The notes beneath the pieces are model-generated. The model made no database searches. It saw only the letters and a list, made by a program, of their open reading frames with translations, and was not told the origin of the DNA. This document shows, in pieces, positions 19,323 to 28,659 of a stretch of 61,299 bases of DNA. The DNA comes from Myxococcales bacterium (lineage in GTDB: Bacteria > Myxococcota_A > UBA9042), in contig JBBISH010000024.1 of assembly GCA_037441385.1 (NCBI GenBank), forward strand, positions 1-61,299. Direction: 5' to 3'. The position numbers and the translations under genes are program-made. Position 1 is the first letter of the stretch. Each line of letters begins with the position of its first letter.

Positions 19323-21518
19323 CTACTTCGCGGACTGGAACGGCGAAAGCGCGCTCCACACATCCAGATCGGCCAACACCACCATGCCGTCGGGGCGCCC
19401 GAGCGTGTCGAAGTGCGGGGCGCTGCTCACGCCGCGCACCGGCAGCTTGAGCCAGTTGGGCATGCTGAGATCCGCGGTCTTCTTGTCGATCGGCTGCGCG
19501 TCCGCATAGGCGAAATACGCCAGAATTCCGCCAGTAACCAGGCCTGCGGCCGAGCCGGCCAGGTTGGCGCGGATGATGTGATCCGAGTTGGCGGTGAACA
19601 TCGCCGTAAACAGCGAGGCCAAACCTGCGCCCGCCATGCCGCCGAAGTTGGCGCCCGCAAGGATGCGCGGATCGGCGCCGACCAGCGGCGAAACGGCCAG
19701 GGCGCTGACCGCAAGGCCAAGGTCCGAACTGACCAGCACGGTGGTCGCCACGCCGGTTTCGGAGCCACTGTTCATCAAGATCCGCGACCAAAGCGCGAAC
19801 CAAGCGCCCCACACCGCGCCGGTGCTGCCCATGGTGGCCTGCCAGGTGGTCATGTCGGTGTACTGCCCCAGCGCCGCGGCGCCCAGACCGCCCAGGGCCA
19901 GGCCGCTGAGCGCCAAGCCAGGGGCCAGCAGGCTTCGCGAGGACGGACCATTGGATTGGCCCTCGTAGATCGCGCCTATCAATGCACCATGTTCCAGGCC
20001 CAGCAGCGAGCCGATGGGCACGATGGCACGGTCGCCGCCGTGATAGTCGGTCCGCTGGCTGAGCCAGGCGCCGCCGGCCAGGCCCAAGGCGCCGCCGCCA
20101 AGGTGGGCCCACTGGGCGCTGCGGTTGCTGTCCGTGGCCACCATCGTCAGGCCCGCGCCGAGCAGCTTGCCGTACTGGGCGAACATTGCTGTTTCCCATA
20201 CGTTGCCGGGAGTTGGGTCGATCCACTGCGACACGGCGGTCGCGGCAAGTCCGCCCACACCAAAGCCGATCGCGCCCCCCGCGCCCGCGTTGTTCAAGGG
20301 GGCGATGAGGTCGGTCCCCTGGGCGCCAAAATACAGCCCCTCGACCGCACCGTAGCCGATCAACTGCAGATCGCCCGAAGTAAAGTGCAGTTGGCGGGCG
20401 AGTGCCGTGCCCACGCCCACGCCCACCAAGCTCCCGGCCAGCAGCGTGGCGTAGCCCGGGCGCTGGTCTTCGCGGTCGGGCATCAGACCCAGCGCGCCAG
20501 CCACGGCAATCGTGGTGCCCAGACCGATGGCGTCGGCGGTGGCCACGTCGGCGCTGGTCAGGTTCAGCGCGTCGGCCGAGTAGCCCGCCAGCACAAAGCC
20601 GCCCAGTTCGCCCAGCAAGGTCAGGCCAGCGCTCCAGCGGTCCAGGCCCACGTCTTCGTCGGGCACCCGGTCGCCGAATTGGCCGCGCGGGCGGTTGATC
20701 ACACTGCGGGCGCCCAAGTACCCGGCGGCGGCACCCCAGGTCATCGCGCTCATGTAGTAGTGCTGGCGGGCGTTGCTGACCTGGCGGCCAAAGACATAGC
20801 CGGCGCCCGCACCGACCACGCCGCCGGTGATGGCGCCGATCAGGTCGGCCCCGCCGGTGCCCGCGACGGCGCCCACCGACTCCAGGGCCAGGCCGCCGAA
20901 CAGGGCCCCGCCCAAGCTGGCCACCAGCGCCGAGCCGCCCACGCTGGGGACGCCGCGCGCGGCGAGAATCTCGGGATGATCGCGGGCCAAAACCTCTAGA
21001 GCATCGCGGCGCACGCCCATGTCGGCGTCGGCGTTTTGCGCCAGGGTGTACAGAGCTTCGGCGCCGCCGGGCAAGACGTGGTGGCTGAGCGCCGCCAGGG
21101 CTTCGGGGTTCGGGGTGTCATTCTCGAGCCCCTGCGCGACGTCGAGCAGCGCCGCAATCGACCGGCGATCGGCGTAGCGGCTCAGTTCGCGGGCCGCCGC
21201 CTGACGCACCGCGAGCACTTGATCGTGCAGGGCAATGTAGCGCAGCGCCCCGATAGCGCGCGGGTCGCCGCCCAGGTACAGATTGGGCAACGCGGCGCTG
21301 CGCTGACCGGGTCCAGCCGCCAAGGCCGCCAGGATCGGGGCCAGCAAGGCGGCATCCGGTTCAGCCGCGGCGGGCGTCGCGGGGCTGGCCAACTCGCTCG
21401 GCGTGGCGGCTTGCGGCAAGTCGGCCGCCCAACTGGCTGGCGCAAACCCGGTGCAGACCACGACCAAGGCCACGCAAGCCCCTGTCCAACGACCTAATTT
21501 CCTAAAGGAGTTGCCCAT
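19323..21518 (-). CDS. Exported HEAT-repeat protein with a Gly-rich hydrophobic C-terminal region
   Basis: Signal peptide ending ASWA; HEAT-like VRQAAAREL..AIAALL; many Gly-zipper-like helices. Start uncertain. Confidence 0.65.
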   Translation of the reverse strand: MGNSFRKLGRWTGACVALVVVCTGFAPASWAADLPQAATPSELASPATPAAAEPDAALLAPILAALAAGPGQRSAALPNLYLGGDPRAIGALRYIALHDQVLAVRQAAARELSRYADRRSIAALLDVAQGLENDTPNPEALAALSHHVLPGGAEALYTLAQNADADMGVRRDALEVLARDHPEILAARGVPSVGGSALVASLGGALFGGLALESVGAVAGTGGADLIGAITGGVVGAGAGYVFGRQVSNARQHYYMSAMTWGAAAGYLGARSVINRPRGQFGDRVPDEDVGLDRWSAGLTLLGELGGFVLAGYSADALNLTSADVATADAIGLGTTIAVAGALGLMPDREDQRPGYATLLAGSLVGVGVGTALARQLHFTSGDLQLIGYGAVEGLYFGAQGTDLIAPLNNAGAGGAIGFGVGGLAATAVSQWIDPTPGNVWETAMFAQYGKLLGAGLTMVATDSNRSAQWAHLGGGALGLAGGAWLSQRTDYHGGDRAIVPIGSLLGLEHGALIGAIYEGQSNGPSSRSLLAPGLALSGLALGGLGAAALGQYTDMTTWQATMGSTGAVWGAWFALWSRILMNSGSETGVATTVLVSSDLGLAVSALAVSPLVGADPRILAGANFGGMAGAGLASLFTAMFTANSDHIIRANLAGSAAGLVTGGILAYFAYADAQPIDKKTADLSMPNWLKLPVRGVSSAPHFDTLGRPDGMVVLADLDVWSALSPFQSAK

Positions 21519-21726
21519 CGTCGCGGAAGGCGGCATGTCGGTCTCGGCTGCGGGCGGCACTGCGCACGGTGCCGTCATGGTAGGACGGCCAATTGCGGCG
21601 CGAAAGAGCCGGCATTGTCACAAGGTTGTGATGCCTTGGCGCGGTGCTTGCACGCAAACCACGGTCGGGCATGCTGGCCGTGCTGCGCGAACGCCGAACA
21701 TCGACGCGCCGCGAACGGGGGGCCAC

Positions 21727-22497
21727 ATGTGGGGAGCGCTGCTGGGCGACTTGGTGGGGTCCCGCTTTGAGCACAACCCGTACAAAAGCAAGGATTTTGA
21801 ACTCATCACGCCCGCCTGTCGGCTGACTGACGACTCGATCCTGACCCTGGCCGTGGCCGATGCGCTGCTGCATGGTCTGGATTTGGTCGATGCACTGCAG
21901 TCGTGGTGGCGCGCCTACCCCAACGCCGGCTACGGCGGCAGCTTTTATGGCTGGGCGCTCCAAGGCGCGCGCGAGCCCTACGGCAGCTGGGGCAACGGCT
22001 CGGCCATGCGCGTGTCGCCGGTTGGTTGGCTGGGCCGCGACGAGGCTGAAGTCCTTGCCCTGGCTGAACGAACGGCCGCCGTCACCCACAACCACCCCGA
22101 GGGGATTCGCGGCGCCCAGGCGGTGGCGCTGGCCGTGTTCTGGGCGCGCCAGGGCCGGCCCCGCCCAACCCTGCGCATCGAACTGCAGGCGCGCTTTGGC
22201 TACGATCTGCACGAGCGCCTGTCCGACATCGCGCCCAGGTACGAGTTCGACGTGAGCTGCCAGGGCTCGGTACCCCAGGCGTTGCTTGCCTTCTTTGAGG
22301 CGAGCGACGTCGAAGACGCCGTGCGCGGCGCGGTGGCGCTGGGTGGTGATTCCGACACGCAGGCCTGCATCGCCGGCGCCGTGGCCGAAGCGTGGTTTGG
22401 CGGCATTCCAGAGGAGTTGCGGGCAGTCGTGGCTGCACACTGCGACGAGCGGCAGCGGGCCGTCTTGCGCGAATTCGACGCGCGCGTGGTCCGCTGA
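21727..22497 (+). CDS. ADP-ribosylglycohydrolase (DraG/ARH family)
   Basis: G..GD..GS, TDD, SWGNGSAMR, VTHNHPEG, GGDSDT. Confidence 0.92.
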   Translation: MWGALLGDLVGSRFEHNPYKSKDFELITPACRLTDDSILTLAVADALLHGLDLVDALQSWWRAYPNAGYGGSFYGWALQGAREPYGSWGNGSAMRVSPVGWLGRDEAEVLALAERTAAVTHNHPEGIRGAQAVALAVFWARQGRPRPTLRIELQARFGYDLHERLSDIAPRYEFDVSCQGSVPQALLAFFEASDVEDAVRGAVALGGDSDTQACIAGAVAEAWFGGIPEELRAVVAAHCDERQRAVLREFDARVVR

Positions 22498-22542
22498 CCA
22501 CCCCACCGCGACAATTTCTGGCCAAGCCGCTACACTGACGGC

Positions 22543-22722
22543 ATGAACGCGCCGCTCAACCCTGCCCCTCGCCCTACCGTCCCCGGCAAACCCGAAGAAC
22601 CCGTGGCCAATTTGGTCGGCCGCTGGATGATGATCGGTTGCCTAGTGACCTTGGGCGTGATCGCCATGGCCGCCCTGGCCCTGGGCTGGGTGATGGTCAG
22701 CGGCTTGATGGGCCAACGCTGA
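22543..22722 (+). CDS. 59-aa single-pass membrane protein (absent from the ORF track)
   Basis: Hand translation: MNAPLNPAPRPTVPGKPEEPVANLVGRWMMIGCLVTLGVIAMAALALGWVMVSGLMGQR*; GC-rich third codon positions. Confidence 0.55.
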   Translation: MNAPLNPAPRPTVPGKPEEPVANLVGRWMMIGCLVTLGVIAMAALALGWVMVSGLMGQR

Positions 22723-22759
22723 GCCACTCGCCCGCTTGCGCTCGGCCGACCGCGTTCCG

Positions 22760-22925
22760 CTCGAACACCAATCACAAATCTCCGAGGTTCAGAGCAACGA
22801 CTCCACTCGCTGACGAAAACTCGTTGATGCTCAGTGGGTCGCAAGCGGGCCCCCCAGCGCCTAGCACTGGCGCGGCCCCGCCGCGACGTTCGCCCCCAGG
22901 ACTGGGTTTCTGATCGGTGCTCTAG
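22760..22925. mobile_element. MITE-like element A, complete copy
   Basis: Terminal inverted repeats GAACACCAATCACAAA (22763-22778) and TTTCTGATCGGTGCTC (22907-22922) match 13/16, with CTCG/CTAG at the boundaries. First 71 bp recur at 61112-61182 (66/71). Confidence 0.8.
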
Positions 22926-22973
22926 ACCCGACTACAGCGAGCTTGCGGTGCCCCGCGCCACCTACGCGGTCGG

Positions 22974-24908
22974 CTACAAAACGTGTTGCCGCAGCGCCCG
23001 TTGCACGTGCCCAGACAGTTGATACCGGCTGAGCTCGGCCATCGGCATGTGCACGGCCCCGGCGATGGTGCCCAGGCAAGTCGGCTCGCCGCACTGGCAG
23101 GCAAAGGGCTCGGCCATATCCAGCTCGGTCGACGGGTAGAAGAAGGTGATCGGCTCGCCGGGACCAATGTCGTGCAGCAGGCGCACTTCGCGGCGATCGG
23201 TATCGAACACCACCGACGGGGCACAGCTGTGGTTGGCAAAGGCCAGCCAATACGGGTCCAAGATGATGTGTTCGTGCTCGCTGACTTGCACGGTGTAGCG
23301 GCTGGCTTGGGCGCTGCTGGTGTGCGCGCCGATGCGGCTGAGCAAGGTCCCCTTGGCCATGGGCAGGCGGGCGAGCAGCCGGCGGAAGCGATGGCCGCGC
23401 TCGATGTACACCCGCGGATCCAGACCGATATCGTCGCCGAGCGGCGCCGCAAAATGCATGCGTGCAACAAAGTCGCTGACATGGCCGGCATAGGGGCGGA
23501 CCAGCTCGGCGTCCAGGCAGTCGCTGCCTTGGATTTGGCGCCGGCAGTTGGGAGCGCCGCAACTGCAGACAAAGGCCTCCATTTCTGGACCGCAAAACGT
23601 CGCGTATTCCATGGTCAGGGCTTCGCCCGCCGTGATCGGCCGGCGCGCCACCAAGTCCAGACCCTCAAGCCAAGTGTTGGGATCGCAACTGTGATCGATG
23701 GGCTGCCAGTCAGCGGCGCGGTCGGACCACATCACGTGCACGCTGCCCGTAAGCGGCCAGGCGTACTGCTGGAACCAGCGACGATTCAAGGGATTCCATG
23801 CACGCTCGACGTGCCGGCGCGTCACCAAGTGATGCGGCCGCTCTTCGCCCGCGATGACCACCTCGCCAGGAACCAGGTCGCGCGCCGCCACCATGCCGTA
23901 GCCGCGCTGCGGATAGAACTGCACTTTCCATACTTTGCGCAGACTGGCCTGCCGACGCAAGGCCGTGGCCAGGATATGCTCGGCAAAGGCGCGGTGGCCG
24001 CCCGGCGACGCCGCCAAGATCTCGTCGGCGCTGCCGAACTGGCCCGGAGGGTAGAAGATTCCGCAATTGGGATTGATCTCGAGCATGTACAGATTGCCGT
24101 CGCCGTCCATGCGCAGGTCGCAGCGGGCGTAGCCCACGCCGCCCAACGCCGCGAACATCCGCGCCGAAAGATCCCGAAGCCGCTCGCTCAGTTCGCCGTC
24201 CGGCACCGGGCGCGTGGCCATCTGCTCGAACTCGACCCACTTGAGGTCAAAGTGCTTGAACGTTTCGCCGGGCGGGAAGCAGAACTCCACCGGCGTGAAG
24301 GTCCTGGGCACCTGCTCGCCGGCGGCAGGCTCGGCCACTAGCACTGTAAATTCGCGACCCTCGACAAATTCCTCGATCAGCGCCCCGCCGTAGGCCTCTA
24401 GGTTGCGGGCCACGATCGAGCGCAGGTCGTCGATCGAGGTGCAGCGGGCGTCGCGGCCCATGCCGATGCTACCGTAGCTGCACGGATGTTTGACGATCAA
24501 GGGAAAGCGCAGTGCAGCGGCCGCCAAGTCCGCGTCGGCCGGGCTTTGGGCCATCCAGTGCCCCGGCTGACCAATATCGGCGTAGTGGCAGACCCGCTTC
24601 TGGTCTTCGCGAGTGGGCTCGTAGAAGGCGCTGCTGGCACCCGTAAAGGCCTGCCCGGCCTGCTCCAGGGTCTGCACCACTTCGATGCCGGCGCGATCCT
24701 CGTCCCAGGCGCCGTCGCAGAGATTGACAAAGACGTCAAAGCCTTGCCGAATCAACGCGCGCACTTGGGCCACGGCCTTGGCCTTGTCGATGCCGGCATG
24801 GTGCCAGCTGTGCTCGGGGAGGTAACGCGCCGGACTTGCGGCGGGATCCAGGCCCTTGAAGGCCGAGTCGCTCTCGTCGTACGACGAACCAAGTACGCAG
24901 ATTTTCAT
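22974..24908 (-). CDS. Ddl-like ATP-grasp ligase fused to two SET/post-SET domains
   Basis: FPLIVK, GSIG, EEFVEGREFTV, YARCDLR, LEINPN. SET1: GYG..DHSCDPN..EALTMEY..CSCGAPNCR. SET2: NHSCAP..EPITFFY..CQCGEPTC. Confidence 0.88.
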   Translation of the reverse strand: MKICVLGSSYDESDSAFKGLDPAASPARYLPEHSWHHAGIDKAKAVAQVRALIRQGFDVFVNLCDGAWDEDRAGIEVVQTLEQAGQAFTGASSAFYEPTREDQKRVCHYADIGQPGHWMAQSPADADLAAAALRFPLIVKHPCSYGSIGMGRDARCTSIDDLRSIVARNLEAYGGALIEEFVEGREFTVLVAEPAAGEQVPRTFTPVEFCFPPGETFKHFDLKWVEFEQMATRPVPDGELSERLRDLSARMFAALGGVGYARCDLRMDGDGNLYMLEINPNCGIFYPPGQFGSADEILAASPGGHRAFAEHILATALRRQASLRKVWKVQFYPQRGYGMVAARDLVPGEVVIAGEERPHHLVTRRHVERAWNPLNRRWFQQYAWPLTGSVHVMWSDRAADWQPIDHSCDPNTWLEGLDLVARRPITAGEALTMEYATFCGPEMEAFVCSCGAPNCRRQIQGSDCLDAELVRPYAGHVSDFVARMHFAAPLGDDIGLDPRVYIERGHRFRRLLARLPMAKGTLLSRIGAHTSSAQASRYTVQVSEHEHIILDPYWLAFANHSCAPSVVFDTDRREVRLLHDIGPGEPITFFYPSTELDMAEPFACQCGEPTCLGTIAGAVHMPMAELSRYQLSGHVQRALRQHVL

Positions 24909-25203
24909 GGCAGCCGATCCGCGGGCAGCGTGGCAAGCGCCCAAACGGGCGCCAGGGTGACCCAAGCTCCATCACCCTGCAAGCCTGGTGGGCGCCTTTT
25001 GCACCTGGCACCTCGCTGCGGTTGGCACGCAGCCGGCGGGATTCCCAACGCGGGCGTGCTGGTGAAGAGCGGCGGCGCGGCACGGCGCAGGCCACAGAGT
25101 CGCGCGGCGGGGCCGATGAATTTTCTGCAGTTTCGATCCGATTTCGCCGAACTTGGTGTACCCTGCCGCGCGGCCGCACCACGCGCCGTCGAGCCGCACC
25201 TTC

Positions 25204-26433
25204 GTGACAAAATCCCCCGCACCTTCGGCAGTCTGGCTCATGGGCACGTTGCTGGGCCTGCACGGTCTGGTGGTCAAGCTCATCGACGTGACGTCGACGG
25301 CCGGCGTGGTGGCCAAGTCGGGCTCCACGGGCCTCGTGCAGGTGTGGGCGCTGGACGTGCTGATCACCTTGGCGGTCGGCGGTTGGCTCACGCTGCTGGC
25401 CGATCGCGTCCCGCGCGCCAAGTTGCTGCCACGGCTGCTGATTTTGGTAGGGTTGGGCTACGCAGGGGTCACGGCACTGCTGTGGGCGGACGCCGCTCCA
25501 ACCCTGAGCTACTGGCTGTTGTACATGGTCTCCACGGCAGAGGTGGCGTCGATCCCCGTCACGGCGTGGGCCATTGCGGCCGACACCATTGACCCCGCCG
25601 ACAACCTGCGCTGGTTCACGCGCATCGCTGCCGCCGAAAGCATTGCCGATCTAGTGGGTTACATTGTTGCTCTTGGCGCTGGCGAGCTTCGCGGCGTGGC
25701 GGCCCGGCACGACGCCGCAGTGGTGGGACTCAGCGCCGCGATCTCTTTGGGTGCGGCGTGGCTGGCGGTGCGCAGGTTGCCGTCCGGGCAGCCGCACAAA
25801 GACGAGCCGCCGCCGCCCCTTGGCCCCGAGCTGGATCGCACGCCGTGGCTGCGGCCCCTGGTGGTGCGTGTGACCGCTCAGTATTCGGCGTGGGTGGCCT
25901 TGGGCTGGGCGGCGATGCGCGACCTGGAGCTAGAAACCGGCGACGACGAGGGCGGTTTCCGGCGGTGGTACGCGGTCTACTCGCTGGCCTCGACGCTGGC
26001 GGTGCTGATCGGACAGACGCTGCTGCCGCGCTGGCTCGACGGGATTGATCGCTGGAAAGTCAGTATGGTTATGCCCACTTATGTGTTCTTGGCCTGTGCC
26101 GCCGCCGCCGCGACGGGCGACGCGCGGGTGACCCTGACCCTGCTGGGCGGCTACTTTGTGGTGAGTCACGCTGGCGACGCGCCGGTGCGGCGCAGCTGTC
26201 TGGCGGATTTGAACGAAGCGGTGCGCGGGCGCCTGTCGGTGCTGCTGGACGTGCACGCCTATGCCGTCGGTAGTTTGTTGGGCACGGCCCTGGTCATGGC
26301 CGGCGATGCCTGGCTGCCGCGGGGGCGGGCACGAATGGGCGTGGCGATGGCGGCAGTGGGCGTGGCTGTCGTCCAATGGCTGGCGGCGCGCACGGCCGGG
26401 CGCCGGGCCTCCAGGATGCCGAACCCAAGCTGA
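25204..26433 (+). CDS. MFS-like membrane protein (resembles NTT/TLC-type transporter domains)
   Basis: About 12 hydrophobic helices; W.IAAD......RWF..IAA motif. Start uncertain. Confidence 0.6.
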   Translation: MTKSPAPSAVWLMGTLLGLHGLVVKLIDVTSTAGVVAKSGSTGLVQVWALDVLITLAVGGWLTLLADRVPRAKLLPRLLILVGLGYAGVTALLWADAAPTLSYWLLYMVSTAEVASIPVTAWAIAADTIDPADNLRWFTRIAAAESIADLVGYIVALGAGELRGVAARHDAAVVGLSAAISLGAAWLAVRRLPSGQPHKDEPPPPLGPELDRTPWLRPLVVRVTAQYSAWVALGWAAMRDLELETGDDEGGFRRWYAVYSLASTLAVLIGQTLLPRWLDGIDRWKVSMVMPTYVFLACAAAAATGDARVTLTLLGGYFVVSHAGDAPVRRSCLADLNEAVRGRLSVLLDVHAYAVGSLLGTALVMAGDAWLPRGRARMGVAMAAVGVAVVQWLAARTAGRRASRMPNPS

Positions 26434-26514
26434 TTCGCCCGGATCGGTCGCCCACCGTGGCAGCCTGCCGGCGATCCACCTATACTTCGCCCGCCTTTCT
26501 TTGCTGGAGTTGCC

Positions 26515-27384
26515 ATGCCTCGCTTCGCTGTCACCGCCAACCTGCAGGGTCAGAACGCCCTGGTCACAGGTGCCAACACCGGCATCGGCCTAGTCACCGC
26601 GCGCGAGTTGGCCCGCGCTGGCGCCCGGGTGTGGCTGGCGTGCCGTTCGCGCGACAAGGGCCAGGCCGCGATCGAGCAGATCCGCGCGCAGATCCCCAAG
26701 GCCAACCTGGAGTTCTTGGCCCTGGATCTCGGCAGCCTGCAGGCGATCCGGCAGAGCGCGCAGCAGTTCCTGGACCTGGGCGTGCCGCTGCACTTGCTCG
26801 TCAACAACGCCGGCCTGGCGGGCTCGCGCGGCCTGACGACCGACGGCTTCGAGTTGCACTTTGGTACCAACCACTTGGGCCCGTACCTGCTGACCCGGCT
26901 GCTGTTGCCGGCCCTGCAAGCGGCGAGCACCGCGCGGGTGGTCTGCGTGGCCAGCCGCGCCCACTACGATCCCAAGACTTTCGACTTCGACGCGCTCCGC
27001 GTATCGACCCCCAGCGCGGTCGGATTCAAGGAGTACGGTGTGTCCAAGCTGTGCAACGTGCTGTTTGCCAAGGCGTTGGCCAAGCGCCTCGCCGGCACCG
27101 GCATCACGGTCTACAGCCTGCACCCCGGCGTCATCGCGTCGGACATCTGGCGCCGGGTGCCGCAGCCATTCCGTTGGATCGCCATGCAGTTCATGCTGAC
27201 CACCGACCAAGGCGCCGAAACGTCGCTGTATTGCGCGACCGAGCCGAGCCTGGCGAGCGAGTCCGGGCTGTACTACGACGCCTGCGCCCAGCGCAAGCCG
27301 TCGCGCCTGGCCCGCGACGAAGCACTGGCCGAGAAGCTGTGGCAGCAAACCGCCGAGTGGGTCGGCTTGACCGCCGAACTGTAG
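26515..27384 (+). CDS. SDR oxidoreductase (retinol-dehydrogenase-like)
   Basis: TGANTGIG, NNAG, YGVSK, LHPG. Confidence 0.93.
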   Translation: MPRFAVTANLQGQNALVTGANTGIGLVTARELARAGARVWLACRSRDKGQAAIEQIRAQIPKANLEFLALDLGSLQAIRQSAQQFLDLGVPLHLLVNNAGLAGSRGLTTDGFELHFGTNHLGPYLLTRLLLPALQAASTARVVCVASRAHYDPKTFDFDALRVSTPSAVGFKEYGVSKLCNVLFAKALAKRLAGTGITVYSLHPGVIASDIWRRVPQPFRWIAMQFMLTTDQGAETSLYCATEPSLASESGLYYDACAQRKPSRLARDEALAEKLWQQTAEWVGLTAEL

Positions 27385-27392
27385 ACCAGGGC

Positions 27393-27441
27393 AAAAAAAA
27401 CGCCCAGGGCGATCGCGCAGCCCGTGCCGCCGCGATCGCCC
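27393..27441 (-). terminator. Probable intrinsic terminator after rplS
   Basis: 11-bp stem GGGCGATCGCG/CGCGATCGCCC, then T8 on the minus strand 6 nt away; lies between convergent genes. Confidence 0.55.
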
Positions 27442-27468
27442 CAGGAAAATACCTGAATTTATGCGCGT

Positions 27469-27825
27469 TTAGCCGTTATCGTCGATGCGGCGCAGCTTGG
27501 CGGCGCGGCCCTGCAGGTTGCGCAGGTAGTAGATGCGCGCGCGGCGGACCTTGCCGGACGAGACGATCTCGACCTTGAGGATGCGGGGCGAGTGGACGGG
27601 GAACACGCGCTCGACGCCCACGCCGTTGCTGATCTTGCGGACGGTGAACGAGGCGTCGGTGCCCGAGCCGGCGCGGCGGATGACCACGCCCTCGTAGACC
27701 TGGATACGCTCCTTCTCGCCTTCGATGATGCGGCCGTGGACCTTGACGGTGTCGCCGGTCTTGAACTCGGGCAGATCGAAGCGGATGTGGGCGTTCTGTA
27801 CGTAATCGAGGAGCTGCTGACGCAT
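27469..27825 (-). CDS. rplS: 50S ribosomal protein L19
   Basis: FKTGDTVKV, EGEKERIQVYEG, FTVRKIS.GVGVER, GKVRRA. Confidence 0.98.
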   Translation of the reverse strand: MRQQLLDYVQNAHIRFDLPEFKTGDTVKVHGRIIEGEKERIQVYEGVVIRRAGSGTDASFTVRKISNGVGVERVFPVHSPRILKVEIVSSGKVRRARIYYLRNLQGRAAKLRRIDDNG

Positions 27826-28005
27826 CCGTTTTCCTAGAATCGCGCCCCCAAGGGGACGCATGGGCCGGTTCGCCGTTTGCGGTCGAACTCAGCGAGAGGA
27901 CAGAGGTCCGGGTTTGCTGCCCACCCTGGGCGAGCAAGGGGCCGTACGTGCCGCTCAACACAGTATTTTGCCACCGGTCTGCCTGAACGTGCCGGTCAGG
28001 CGGGG

Positions 28006-28638
28006 TCACGGTTCGTCGCGGTCTCCCAACAAGCGATCGAGGATGATCGCCGCCGCCGCGCGGACCGAAAGATGGTTGTATGGACCGTCGCCTGCTTCCG
28101 CGTCCAGCAACTGCGGCTGGCGCTGCACCGGCGGCAACCGCACGTCGGCTTGCAGCAGCACCTCGGGCGCCAGGCCCCAACCGGTGCCGAACACCAGCAG
28201 CAGGGGCGGGGCGTCGTCGCCGGCGCTCGCGATCTTGTGCCGCCAAAGGGCAAAAGACTCAGGCTGTTGCATGCTGGGCTTCATGCCTTCGGGCTGCCAG
28301 CGTGCGGCCGTCACCGCGACCACCGGCGCGCGGCCGGTTCGCTGGGTGATGTCGGTCCGGACGGCATCGAGCGAGGGCGCCACGCTGACGCGCTGCATCG
28401 CCTCGGCCCGCCGCAGGTGCGCAGAACCGGCGCCTTGTTGCCAGTGGCTGACCATCTCGTGCACCAGCCGCTGCTGCAAGGCCACCGGAGTGACCACGTA
28501 ACTGCGCGATACACCAAACGTTCGCCCCGAGCGGGCCAGATCGTGCACATCGACGTTGGTCAATGCCGTCGTCACCACCCGTCCGGAGCGATCCAGCACC
28601 GGATGGTGAACGAGGGCGAGAAAGATAGCCATTTTCAT
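28006..28638 (-). CDS. SPOUT RNA methyltransferase (Methyltrn_RNA_4-like, TrmD-associated)
   Basis: ALVHHPV, TN.DVHDLAR, FGTGWGL, YNHLSVRAA.AIILDRL. Confidence 0.85.
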   Translation of the reverse strand: MKMAIFLALVHHPVLDRSGRVVTTALTNVDVHDLARSGRTFGVSRSYVVTPVALQQRLVHEMVSHWQQGAGSAHLRRAEAMQRVSVAPSLDAVRTDITQRTGRAPVVAVTAARWQPEGMKPSMQQPESFALWRHKIASAGDDAPPLLLVFGTGWGLAPEVLLQADVRLPPVQRQPQLLDAEAGDGPYNHLSVRAAAAIILDRLLGDRDEP

Positions 28639-28659
28639 CGAATTGTCAACCCAAAAGCG

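Noticed and set aside
22792..22833. CTGACGA...GAAA resembling a hammerhead ribozyme core in element A
   Set aside because: GAAA overlaps CTGACGA with no stem II between them; better explained as an internal hairpin of the MITE-like element.
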